In this document: positions 13,504-25,506 of the stretch, in pieces
Layout of the letters: each line of letters opens with the position of its first letter
Numbering within the stretch: the stretch's first letter is position 1
Source: Octopus sinensis
Lineage: Eukaryota
Length of the DNA stretch: 64,000 nt
Assembly: GCF_006345805.1 (NCBI RefSeq)
Contig: NC_043009.1
Location: forward strand, 49,476,001 to 49,540,000
Direction: 5' to 3'
Program-made: the position numbers and the translations under genes
The notes under the pieces: generated by a model
What the model was told of the DNA's origin: nothing
What the model saw: only the letters and a program-made list of their open reading frames with translations
Databases searched by the model: none

Positions 13504-14000
13504 CATATATATATGCATGCACATATATATATACATGCATATATGTATATATACATGCATATATATACAGACACACACACATACATGCACACACATACAT
13601 ATGCATGTGCTTACATACACATCTGCATACATACACACTATATATGTACACAAGCGTATATGATAATGCATTGCATCTATTCTATGTAGGATGTAATTGT
13701 AATAAAAGATGAAAAGTTAAAATATAAATATTTAAGAACATTAGAAGAACAAGAGCAGCAGCAGCAAGAACAACAACAACAACGACAATGCCAATAACAA
13801 CCACTGTAATAAACAGCTTCCACCATTGGCTTTATTGTTTTAGATTAAAATGAAAGACCAAAACCTTACTTAAACAAAAGCCCAATTGTAGCTTGGTTTA
13901 CTCTAGTGTGTAAGGGAGAGGGAAAGAGAGAGGGAGAGAAAGAGAGAGAGGAATAGAGGAATGAAGAAGGGAAGTAAAATGATGGAAAGAGAAACATTTT

Positions 14001-14056
<56 letters not shown>

Positions 14057-14088
14057 TATATGTATGTATATATATATGTATGTGTGTG

Positions 14089-14119
<31 letters not shown>

Positions 14120-14262
14120 GTGTATGTATATATATATGTGTGTGTGTGTATGTATATATATATATAAATATATATATATATGTATGTATGTGTATGTATA
14201 TATAAATATATATGTATGTATGTGTATGTATATATATATATATATGTGTGTGTATATATATA

Positions 14263-14306
<44 letters not shown>

Positions 14307-14340
14307 TATACACACACATATATGTTTGTATATACACATA
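13060..14340. repeat. Compound (TA)n/(TG)n/(CA)n/(TACA)n microsatellite blocks (13060-13650 and 13995-14340)
   Basis: Direct reading; these produce the YI/CM-rich ORFs. Confidence 0.95.
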
Positions 14341-14515
14341 CAAAGAGAGAGAGAGAGGTGGAGAGAAGAGAAGAAAGACAGAAATGAAGAGAAATATAAT
14401 ATGAAGAAAGTGAAGAACAATGCATTTGGGAGAAAAATGATAGATATGTAAAAGGAAATGAAAGCTATGTAGATAAATGAATTCATATATATATATATAA
14501 TATATATATATATAT

Positions 14516-14517
<2 letters not shown>

Positions 14518-14556
<39 letters not shown>

Positions 14557-14713
14557 GCAGGCACTCAGGTATAGAAGGTGGGGAAGATGGAAGGAAAGTA
14601 TGTGAAAATGGAATGGAAAGTAGGTGAGAAAGAAAAAAAAGAAAAGGAAAGTGAAAGTAGGTCTAAGTTAAGAAAAAAGGGGGAAAAGTGTTAAAGAATA
14701 GTAGTTTGAGAGA

Positions 14714-14759
<46 letters not shown>

Positions 14760-15070
14760 TATGGAATAAAAAGAAAGTAAATAGACAAGTATTAGAGAGA
14801 GATGCTGAGGAACAAAGATATTTCTGAGTGAGTGTGACAGAGGAAGAGATTGAGAAAGTGAAAGTAGAGGAGAGAGAATGGAGTAAGAGTAAACGTATTT
14901 GGGAAAGAGAGAGAGAGAGAGAGAGAGAGGGAGGGAGGGAGAGAGAGAGGAGGGTGAGAGAACAAGAAAGAGGATAGAAATATGATAAAGTATGCGTGTA
15001 ACAGAGGAAAACAGAACAAGAAATGATTGTAGGAGAAAGAGAAGGAGAGAGAGAAAGAGAGAGTGAGAGT
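14518..15070. repeat. (GATA)n followed by GA-rich tracts
   Basis: (GATA)n at 14518-14555, (GA)n at ~14720-14756 and ~14908-14950. Confidence 0.9.
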
Positions 15071-15577
15071 GTGGGGTGGGGGTGTAATTTTTATATTTTA
15101 GTTTTCTCAATGTTTTGTTATTATTTTTCGAAAAATTGTTATTCCGATGTTTGTTTATTTGGCTGCCATGTTTTGTTTTGTTTTGTTATGTTTTGTTTTG
15201 TTTTTCTAAAATGTTGTGTAATAGGGAAAGAATGAGAAGAGATAAGGAGAAACATGTGGAGATTCCATCATTGCTAGGAACACTGAGATACCAGGGAGTG
15301 ATGGTGATGGTGTCGGCGGTGGTGGGGTGGTGGTGGTGGATGTGGAAATCTTTAATTGGTGTTTTCTGGTGGAGTGGTAGTGTGACGGTTGTGGTGGTGG
15401 TGGTGGTGGTGGTGGTGGTAGCAGAAAAGAGACAGACTGGTGCAGGTAGGGTTGAGTGAGTTTGTGCGTATAGATACATATTATATACACATAAGTATGC
15501 ATGTATGTATACACATGCCTACATACTAATGTATACAAATGTATGTTCTTATACTTTCATATGTATATACCTACATA

Positions 15578-15839
15578 CTTATCCATAAATATGTATATAC
15601 ATCCATATACACACAAACGTATGTATGTATATACTGCATGTATATATGTACATATATATGTGCGTCTATATACATTTTATATATATATATATAAATACAC
15701 ATATACATATCTACATACTTATCCATAACTATGTATATACATCCATATACACACAAATGTATGTATGTATATACTGCATGTATATATGTGTCTATATACA
15801 TTTTATATATATATATATAAATACACATATACATATCTA
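15578..15839. repeat. Tandem duplication, two copies of ~140 and ~120 bp
   Basis: CTTATCCATAA.TATGTATATACATCCATATACACACAAA.GTATG...TACTGCATG...GTCTATATACATTTT...AAATACACATATACATATCTA starts at both 15578 and 15718. Confidence 0.85.
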
Positions 15840-16108
15840 TGTGTATACATACAAGGAGAGAAAGGAGGGCAAGAGAAAGAATCTAAAGGAGAAGATGGGG
15901 AAGTGGCACAGTGGCGCGGGTAGAATTTTGAGGCTGTGTAGTGGGGAAAGAGAAAAAGGTAAAGAAGCAGAGGTTTTGAGGTCGTACAAAAGGAGAAGGA
16001 TCAAGTAAGAGATGGGAGAGAAATTATGCATATATGAATAAGAGGGGACAGACAAGAAACTGGGTAGGAAGAGTGGCAGAACAGCGCAGGTAGATTTTTG
16101 AACCTAGG

Positions 16109-16156
<48 letters not shown>

Positions 16157-16869
16157 GATACACACACACATATTTGTCTATATAGACATGCACATGCTTA
16201 CATGAAGGAAGATAGGTAGATAGAGAGAGAGAAAAAAAAAAGAGGATAAGAGGAAGGAAGGAGAAAGAGAGGCAGAGGCAATCAATGCAAAACTACAACT
16301 TGTGAAAGTCGGCCACTGGTGGCGACTGCGGAAAAATGGGCAATCTGGGAATCACTAAGTTCAAATATCTAATTAGCACACTCATTCCTTTTTCTAGACG
16401 CCACTCAATTTGGCTGCCATTTCCCCTCTTCTTTCTCTCTCTGTCGCTCTGTCTCTTTCTCTCCATCTCACCCTCCTTTTGTCTCTCTCTGTCTATCTGT
16501 CTCTCTATCTCACCCTCTCTCTTTACGCTCACTAAATACTGTCTCACACCAAATGCAGCTGTATAAAAAGCGAATAGCGCCAAAATGCAAAATAGATGAA
16601 TGACACAGCTATGCAACTAGGATCTACAACAACAACAACAACAAGAACAACAACTGGGACACACAGACAGAAGAAATAGGGATTGGTGGATGAGTGGATG
16701 GTGGTGGTGGTGGTGAGGGTGGGTTGGAAGATGGAGGAGATGTGTTAGTGTAGTGGAGAGAAATGTGTCTAGGGAGTTCTGTGGAGAATGCACGGAACTT
16801 TTGTCTTGTGTGGTGTGTGTGTGGTGTGTTTTGTGGGCAGCAGCAGTTTGTGAAATGTAGGGAGTTTTA

Positions 16870-16878
16870 AATAGAAAG

Positions 16879-16926
<48 letters not shown>

Positions 16927-17340
16927 GAGGAAAGAGGAGAGGTAAAGGAAGGAACAGAAGGAAGCGTAGGAAGAAAAGGGTAAGTTTAAAGTAGAAAAAG
17001 AAGAAAGGGAACACAAAATAGAGAGGGGTAAGGGGAGACAGAATAGAAAGAGAGAGGGATAAAGAGATAGAGACAAAGAGAATGAGAGAGAAAGAGACAG
17101 AGAGAGACGAGAGAGAGAGAGAAGTGCAAGAAGAGTAATAAGAGCAGGAACATCAAATAGAAACAAGAGAAAGAGAGAGAAAGGAGGGGAGAGAGAGAGA
17201 GGCAAGAGAATATTCTAAAAAGAGCAAAGGGGAGAGGAAGGGGATTTCTTGTGATATTAATGAGATATTAATTAATTTATTTAAAAATATAAAAATATGA
17301 AATTATGTGAAATTGTATGTTAGAAATGTAAAAACTTAAC

Positions 17341-17390
<50 letters not shown>
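16870..17390. repeat. GA-rich tract and (CA)n microsatellite
   Basis: GA-rich at 16870-17240; (CA)n at 17343-17388. Confidence 0.9.
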
Positions 17391-17391
<1 letters not shown>

Positions 17392-17822
17392 ATTTGTATC
17401 TATACATTTGTAATTAAATTTATGCATGTGGTATGGATTTTCACGCACACACAAATGCATACGAATGCACAACATGTCTATTATGCATCCATGCACATGT
17501 CTAACAAAGATACATATGAGGAATTTGTGACAATGTTAAGAGCAGTGACGAGAAACGTTGGTAGGTGTGGTGGTTGTAATAGTAATGACAGTGGTGGTTA
17601 TAGTGGTTGTAACAGTGGTCGCAATGGTAGTGCTAATGGTGATTGTAGTGGTGGTGGTGGTGGCAACAGAGGTAGTGGTGATGGAGGTGGTGGTTAGAGT
17701 AGTCATAACAATGAGAGGGGAAATGATGCAGAAAATTTCAACAAGGAATTAAGGTGTTGGACTTGTAGGTACCTGGGTGTGAGACATGTGTACAATGGAG
17801 TGTTGAACATGTAGATATATAT

Positions 17823-18160
17823 AGGTACAGGCATTGCTTCCCAACCACATGGTTCTGGTTTCAGTCCTACTGCATGACACCTTGGGCAAGTGTCTTTCAC
17901 TATATAGTCTTGGGCTGACCAAAGGCTTGTGAGTGGATTTGGTAGATGGAAACTGAAAGAAGCCCATAGTTTGTGTGTGTGTTTGTCGCCTATCACAGCT
18001 TGACAACCTGTGTTGGTAAGTTTATGTCCTCATAACCTTGCAGTTCGGCAAAAGAAACTGATAGAATAAGTACCAGGCTTAAAATAAAAATAAGTTCTAG
18101 GGTTGATCCACTCAGCTAAAAATTCTTCAAGGTGTTGCCCCAGCATGGTCACAGTCATGA
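17823..18160 (+). mobile_element. SINE family A, near full length, diverged, head partly deleted
   Basis: CCAACCACATGGTTCTGGTTTCAGTCCTACTG, CCTTGGGCAAGTGTCTT, GTGAGTGGATTTGGTAGATGGAAACTGAAAGAAGCCC and GCAAAAGAAACTGATAGAATAAGTAC are collinear with 53084-53493. Confidence 0.85.
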
Positions 18161-18289
18161 TAAGGGTATTTGATATGTAAACACATGAATGCAGGTTATG
18201 TAGATACTTAGCTGTTTGATTTGGATATGAGGTACTATGCAGATATCTTATACCTTTCTGTTATGAAGGAGTTTCTGGCAGTACCTAAG

Positions 18290-18475
18290 CACTCAATCTG
18301 CTAAAAATAGCATCCAAATCTCTCTTAAAACATACACTGCTATTTTAGAATATTCATTAGATGATATGGTATACTATGCCTTGAAAACATTAGTATGTTC
18401 ACGACTGATATATATATTAGATCTTACAGCTTGATCAGGGCTGGGATGGGTCAAAATAGCAACAGCAACAACATA
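18290..18475 (+). mobile_element. Family E copy with (AAC)-like tail
   Basis: CACTCAATCTGCTAAAAATAGCATCCAAATCTCTC...TTGATCAGGGCTG...AGCAACAGCAACAAC. Confidence 0.6.
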
Positions 18476-18640
18476 TCTTCTACTTAGATATGCCAAAGTA
18501 TTTAAACCTCATCAGCTACATGTGGGCAGGGTCTCAAATGACCAAAATATCCCTAATGTAATCATAGTAATACAAATAAAAAATCTTTCTCTAACAATTA
18601 TTAATTAGTGGATTTGAGGTATCATAAATGTCTGTGCCAG

Positions 18641-18873
18641 AAGGCGGTGAGCTGGCAGAAACGTTAGCATGCTGGGCGAAATGCTTAGCGGTATTTCTGT
18701 CGTTACGTTCTGAGTTCAAATTCCGCCGAGGTAGACTTTGCCTTTGATCCTTTCGGGGTCGATAAATAAAGTACCAGTTTCGCACTGGGGTCGATGCAAT
18801 CAACTTAATCCCTTTGCCTGTCCTTGTTTGTTCTCTCTATGTTTAGCCCCTTGTGGGCAGTAAAGAAATATAG
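18641..18873 (+). mobile_element. SINE family B, B1 tail, full length, 13-bp TSD with one mismatch
   Basis: Head AAGGCGGTGAGCTGGCAG, B-box-like GAGTTCAAATTCC, central GACTTTGCCTTTGATCCTTTCGGGGTCGATAAATAAAGTACCAG, tail GGGCAGTAAAGAAATA. Flanked by ATGTCTGTGCCAG (18628-18640) and ATGTCAGTGCCAG (18874-18886). Confidence 0.9.
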
Positions 18874-19197
18874 ATGTCAGTGCCAGTGCCATGTAAAAGT
18901 GCCCATGCTAGTTCAGAGTAAAAGCACCTGTTGGTGCCACTTAAAAGCACCCAGTACACTCTGTAAAGTGTTTGGCATTAGTAAGTCATCATGGACATCC
19001 AACTGTAGAAACACTGTCAGATCAGACTGGAGCCTGGTGCAGCCTCCTGGCTTCCTAGACCCCAGTCAAACCATCCAACCCATGCTAGCATGGAAAATGT
19101 TTTATGTTTTTACCTCAGATGTATCAAAGACAACATAATCCAAAGTGCTTTTCCAATTTTAAGACAGAAAGCTGTCTTAAACGATGATGATGATGAT
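18874..19197 (+). mobile_element. Family C element (target of the B1 insertion), tail interrupted at 19100-19178
   Basis: Short TAAAAGCAC units, then CAACTGTAGAAACACTGTCAGATCAGACTGGAGCCTGGTGCAGCC, CCATGCTAGCATGG and TTAAACGATGATGATGAT. Confidence 0.85.
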
Positions 19198-19311
19198 ATA
19201 TATATGTATATATATATATATAGCTATATAGTGCCTACAAGTCAGTATACTTTAGTTGTGACTTTTAATTCTTACAGGGCTCAGTTATAGAAAGAGGAGC
19301 TGCACAATTTT

Positions 19312-19506
19312 GAGCCTCTGTGTGACTGCTCCACTTGGTAGAAATAGCAGGAAAATGTTTCATAATTTGCAGTTTACCTACTGCCTTCTAAGAAGTAAGG
19401 ACACATTAAAATCCATGATCGGTATGACTGGAATGCCTCTCATCACAGATCTGCTCAATTAGAGTTGTTGAGTTAAACAACAACGACAACAACAATAACA
19501 ACAACA
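19312..19506 (+). mobile_element. Family E copy with (AAC)n tail
   Basis: GAGCCTCTGTGTG..CTTGGTAGAAATAGCAG, GGACACATT, CTGGAATGCCT..GATCTGCTC and TAAACAACAAC, collinear with 52261-52500. Confidence 0.7.
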
Positions 19507-19742
19507 ATTACTTGAGATAACCTGTGATTCTACCCAAGATGAGAAATGTACCACATCCACTTAACGTTGTTGAATCCAGAGTTAAGCAGCAGCTTGGAGA
19601 GAGATAGAGCTTCACTAGATTACGTTTGCATAAAGAAAGAAAAATGCCAGAAATAAGCAAATACAAGAGCAAAAGAAAATATTTTGTCAGAAATTGAGTG
19701 CTTATTAAGTTCTAACAATGGAAATAATAGTGTGTGTGTGCG

Positions 19743-19796
<54 letters not shown>

Positions 19797-20129
19797 ACAA
19801 ATACTGAATAATATCAGTTCAACAGGTATACTCTAATATCAATACACTAATGTATGTGCTTCAGGCTCTGTGCGAGTTTATCTACATTTGTATTGTTGTA
19901 CTTGTATGCAACTAAAAATATTCACACACACACACACAAATACATACATACATATAGGAGTATGTATGTGCACATGCGCTTTAATCTCCCCTCCACACAC
20001 AGACACAACCATGTACACGTACACCTGCAGTTTCTGACTAATATCACACTAATTTTCACAACCATTTCGCTGGGTAAACACGGAAACATACAACAAGCTT
20101 TTATAACAATACACACCCAGATACACATA

Positions 20130-20138
20130 CATACACAT

Positions 20139-20174
<36 letters not shown>

Positions 20175-20175
20175 G

Positions 20176-20206
<31 letters not shown>

Positions 20207-20245
20207 CTGTATATATATATATATATATATAATATATATATATAC

Positions 20246-20287
<42 letters not shown>

Positions 20288-20316
20288 TGTATATATCACC
20301 TGTATATATTATATTA

Positions 20317-20356
<40 letters not shown>

Positions 20357-20395
20357 TATATATACCTGTATATATATATATATGTGTACCTGTAT
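20130..20395. repeat. (TA)n array with a recurrent ACCTG/ACTG interruption (minisatellite-like)
   Basis: TACCTGTA, TACTGTA or CACCTGTA recurs about seven times between TA runs of variable length. Confidence 0.85.
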
Positions 20396-21011
20396 TAACT
20401 TCTTGCCACACATATGTATCTTATGTATAAGTGTATATGCATACAGCAAATATACATACATACACACATATACACTGACACTTATATACACACTTATATA
20501 CATCATTTATACACACACACAAATGCACATATACATGTCTCCATTTCTTTCACCCCCACTTCTCTCTCCTCTTTTCTTTTCTATGCTTTTCTCATCTCCC
20601 ACCTACCCTCATTCCATTATGGATTCAGACTTCCTATTATTTCTACCTGAACATCACCATTAGAAGAGAAATAAGGATTCTTTTGGAATCAGAAACTGAT
20701 TTTGCTTTGTGGTGCTAAATTATAGCATAATCTTTATAGCCTAAGGTTGCTGGAAGTAACATCAGTAATGGTAACGGTGAGAGAGAAAGAGAGAGAGAGA
20801 GAAAGAGAGACAGGAGAGGTGTGTAGGACTGAGGTGATGAGGTGAGGTTGATAGTGATGGCAGTAGCGATGGTTAGTGAGGCAGGTGGGCGGTGGGTTTT
20901 GGGAAGGATTGAGGGCACTCTTAAATAGACTCTAATTAGGCGAGTTATGATGATAGCATCGGCAGGCAGGGCCTCATAAAAGGTGTATGGAGAGAGAGAG
21001 AGAGAGAGAGA

Positions 21012-21056
21012 GTGTGTGTGCGTGTATGTGTGTGTGTGTGTGCATGTGTGTGTGTG

Positions 21057-21108
<52 letters not shown>
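21012..21108. repeat. (TG)n microsatellite
   Basis: Direct reading. Confidence 0.95.
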
Positions 21109-21109
<1 letters not shown>

Positions 21110-21272
21110 CACCATATAAACAAAACCAAGCCAGCTAGCTCCTTTCCTAAACTGAAGACATTGCTATTTGCAGATTGCTAAATACTTTCTATTTGTTCCT
21201 ACAGCAACAAGTTACTCTCTACACTACACACAAGCACTCACTCACTCACTCAAGTATACACACACACACATC

Positions 21273-21303
<31 letters not shown>

Positions 21304-22206
21304 AAGCACACACAAACACACACTTGTTAACTAACGTTGATGCCAATAGAGTGAAGATTTTGCTATTTCCAAAGGAACCCTTCTCAAAGTTAATCAATAT
21401 TTTCCCCAAGACTTCTTCTTCTCCCCTCCCTTTCACACATTTCCCCCTCCTCCTCCTCCTCCACCTCCCTCTCCTCACAATACATAACAGTGTCAAGATT
21501 CATTTTAGTCATATTTTTATATTTGTTGTTGTTGTTGTTATTGTCTTTTTTTTTCTCCATTTGTCATTGTTTATTTATTTGTTTTATTTTTTTTTTTCCT
21601 CTTTGCCGTTCATTAATTATATGTTGTTGATTTTATATTATTTCATTTTGTTTTGTTTTGTTTTGATTGTTTCTCCAGAAAATTAGAAAACAAACAAAAA
21701 CATATGAACAACAACAACAACAACAACCTGCTACTAATAATGTAAAAAAAAAAAGAATTTTTTTTTTTCTGCTGAAATGAAAAAAAAAAGTTTAAAAATA
21801 AATACAAACAGAAAAGAAAGAAAGAAAGAAAGAAATAAAGAAGAGTGCAGGTGGTGATGGAACTTACAATTGATGGGTTATCATGACTTGAATACAGAAA
21901 AATATGAGAGTGAGAGAAGTGAGAGGGAGAGAAGGAGAGAGAGAGAGCGAATGAGAGGAAAGTATAAAAAGAGAAAAGAAAAAGAAAGTGATTCTTCTGG
22001 GAGAAATATTTTGGTAGGAACAAATTAGACTGTTGCAATGATTAGAATGTAGATTTTCCAGTACAGAAATTTCCATTTTCAAACTAATTATGTGTAATAG
22101 AAGAGGCACAATAGCTAAGAGGCACAGTGAGTGTGAAAAGTTAAGGACACTTGTTGAACTACAAAACCATATGATCTTTATTTCATATCTGGCCATTGTA
22201 TTGGCA

Positions 22207-22259
<53 letters not shown>

Positions 22260-22275
22260 TTATTATTATTATTAT
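22207..22275. repeat. Compound (TAC)n(TAT)n microsatellite
   Basis: Direct reading; source of the poly-Tyr ORF. Confidence 0.95.
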
Positions 22276-22699
22276 TCTTTTTTATATTGTTCACCTGAGC
22301 AAGGTAAAGTGCTAAACACTGCTTGTGCCACCTTCCTTGAAATCAGCAATAATTGCTCTCCACCACCACCACCACCACTGCCACCTGAATAATAATTTCT
22401 ATTGCTGCCTTCACATCTGAGAAGATGAAAGTAGAAAGGGAAACAAAGCTGGAAAAAATAACAGCTCCAATAACAAATTAGCTGATCCATAAAAACAAAG
22501 ACACAACATGACTGATCAACAGTATAAGACCTTAAATATACAGGAGCCTTAAGTTTTATGTAGAAAACACCAAACATCAGTTGACAAGTGTTTAGCACAA
22601 AACTTGAGGCCCCAGAGTAATTTCTGTAGTGTTTTTCAGTTTGAAAAATACAGTGTGTATATGTATACACACACACATGAAAGCATCTGTGGAAGTGTC

Positions 22700-22908
22700 A
22701 CTTAAAGAGCACTTGTGCTGGCGCCACATAAGAGCACCCAGTATGCTCTATAAAGTGGCTGATATTAAGAAGGGCATCCTGCCTTAAAACCTTGCCAAAA
22801 ACAGACAATTAAAAGCAGGTGCAGCTCTTCAGCTTGCCAGCTCCTGTCAAACCATCCAACCCATTCAAGCATGGAAAACAGACATTGAATGATGATAATG
22901 ATGATGAC
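22700..22908 (+). mobile_element. Family C diverged copy
   Basis: TGTGCTGGCGCCACATAAGAGCACCC, TTAAGAAGGGCATCC and CAAACCATCCAACCCATTCAAGCATGGAAAACAGACATTGAATGATGAT. Confidence 0.75.
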
Positions 22909-23160
22909 ATACACACACTAAACAATATATTGGGTCCTCTTTTTCCTTCTTTGTCAATTTGAATTACTTTGGTTTAAAAAGGTCATGCAACCTTTATCTG
23001 TTTAATACAATGGTCTGTGCTCTCTCTTGCTAGGAAAGTAAAACGAGTATAGTAAAGGTTATTTGATACAAATAGACTGATGAACTGATGCAAAAACACA
23101 ACATCTACATTGTGGACACTATCTACAGCCTTAAAACCTGAGACTGAAAAAATCCATATA

Positions 23161-23410
23161 GGTGCAACGGTGGCCGTGTACTAAGAAGCTTGCTTCTCAA
23201 CCATGTGGTCTTGGGTTCAATCCCATTGCACAACACCTTGGACAAATGAGTTCTAATGTAAGCCCAAGTTGACCAAAGCCTTGTGAGCATGTTTGTGTGT
23301 ACCCTCCATGCTGTGACAGGAAGAGCATCCAGCTATAGAAACTCTACCTCAACAAATTCCGTCACCCATACAAGAAAGGAAAAACGAGGGTTAAAGTGGT
23401 GATAATGATG
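23161..23410 (+). mobile_element. Composite SINE: family A head and body joined to a C-like tail
   Basis: 23161-23290 matches the A head (GGTGGCCGTGT..AAGAAGCTTGCTTCTCAACCATGTGG..GGGTTCAATCCC..ACCAAAGCCTTGTGAG). 23315-23410 matches the C tail (CAGGAAGAGCATCCAGCTATAGAAAC..ACCCAT..GTTAAAGTGGTGATAATGATGAT). Confidence 0.65.
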
Positions 23411-23548
23411 ATCACAATCCTAATACTATTTATAGTAAAAAACAGTAAAGTGACCCATGAGTAGGGGATACTTCATAGAAAGACAATATCTAATCGTTCA
23501 ATTAGAACTCTTCATCTTGGAATAATTGTTCAATTAGAACTCTTCACT

Positions 23549-23720
23549 GTGGAATAAGCTGCCGGACGAGATAGTGAAGATGCCGACGACCGCTCGGTTC
23601 AAAGTCTCTCTTGACCAGAAATGGCCTGAACTCTTTGCATGAACACCCCTGTACATAACTCCATGTCCCCCCTATATGGCCTTGCTTTTTGCTTTTTGAG
23701 CCAAAAAATTAACTTAACTT
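23549..23720 (+). mobile_element. 5'-truncated CR1/L2-type LINE 3' end (ORF2 C-terminus, 3' UTR, short tail)
   Basis: 23550-23642 translates WNKLPDEIVKMPTTARFKVSLDQKWPELFA*. The WNxLP...F..LD pattern is characteristic of CR1/L2-group ORF2 C-termini. A ~70-bp UTR and an AACTTAACTT tail follow, and CpGs are retained. Confidence 0.75.
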
Positions 23721-24719
23721 ATCTTAGAAGTCTGCTTCACAGCAACCAAATATGATTTTTTTTGTTTTGACTATAGACTTTTTGATACACACCCCAACAT
23801 CTAACCCCTTTGATTCTAAGACAAAGAGGACTGCAAACAGAATTGTATTAGAAATAGCGTTTTAATAAAATACAGCCAGAACTCCATATAATATAAATTG
23901 ATAACAGGAAGGGCATCAAGTCATAAATCCCAACTCTCAGTTCAATTTAATCCAGTACAATAGTAAATCGATACGTTAACAGGAACTGTGTTAAAATGAG
24001 GACGATATCTGATTTCTAACCAACCAAACTCAGTTTTTAGCTCAGAGAAGAAAAAGAAAAAAATTTTATAAACACCCATAACTGCATAGTAAACTGAATG
24101 ACAATGATGATGATGATGATTGTAGTGATGATGTGAAAGCTTTGACATGAAATGGCATTGAGCTAGAGCAAGTTTCTGCTTTTGATCTGGTTTGGCTAGC
24201 TGTTTTAATTCTATGTTAACCCAGCCAGTATGACTTCCGAGAGTTAACACTGAGATTTCAAAGATTGCGAATCAGAAGAATGTAGACGCAAAATTGTCAG
24301 GGACAACTGAATAACTAAATAAAATGTGTGTGTGTGTAAGTGTGTCCGTGTGTGTGCATGCATGTGTGAGTGTTTGTGTACACCTTTTTTTTTTACATTC
24401 TGTGTTCAAATATAATGCTTGTCTGTATGTATGTATGTGTTTTCATTTCTGTAGTATATACACACAACTGTAAGAAATACACTCTTTTATCATTATGCAC
24501 ACACACGCATGCACAGACGCACACACCCACCCACCCATACATGCACGTGATCGCTTATATGGTCACGTGCTTGTATGTGTGTGTGTGTGTGCATATGTGT
24601 AAGTGTATGTGTGCAGAAAGATGAAAGAGCTATTCACACCTGCTTCACACGTAGTTACAAGTCCGCCTGAAAGTAGCTGCCACTGAATGGAATGCAACAT
24701 ACATTTCTTTCAATCTGTG

Positions 24720-24969
24720 AGCGCATATATATATATATATGTGTGCAGATAGATATGTATATATATATGCATGTATATATATTGAACTGAATTGATAAAG
24801 ATGCTGAACAGTTGAAATGAATGAATGAAAATATACATACATACTTATAATATTTATATGTAAATAGATATATAGACATATGTGTGTGAGATGTGTGTAT
24901 GTATATAGACACATATATATGTAGACACACATATATGTATGTATGTATGTATGTATATATAATATATAT

Positions 24970-25019
<50 letters not shown>

Positions 25020-25068
25020 ACATACATGTATATATATATACATATATGTATATATATACATATATGTA

Positions 25069-25130
<62 letters not shown>

Positions 25131-25372
25131 CATGTATATATATACATATATGTATATATATATACATATATGTATATATATATATATATATATACATACA
25201 TGTATATATATATACATATATGTATATATATATACATATATGTATATATATATATATATATACACATACATACAAACACACATCTACATACGTTTATATT
25301 TCAGATTTATGCATGCACACATACACATATTTATTTGTGGATAAACAAATATATGTGATGACAATATATATA

Positions 25373-25410
<38 letters not shown>

Positions 25411-25456
25411 CCATGCAAACACACACCTATATATGTATATAGATACAAGTGATGTA

Positions 25457-25506
<50 letters not shown>

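Noticed and set aside
21867-21885. Minus-strand 19-nt microexon candidate (TTCAAG|...|GTAAGT)
   Set aside because: It is not frame-preserving, has a weak AAG acceptor, and such matches are expected by chance in 64 kb.
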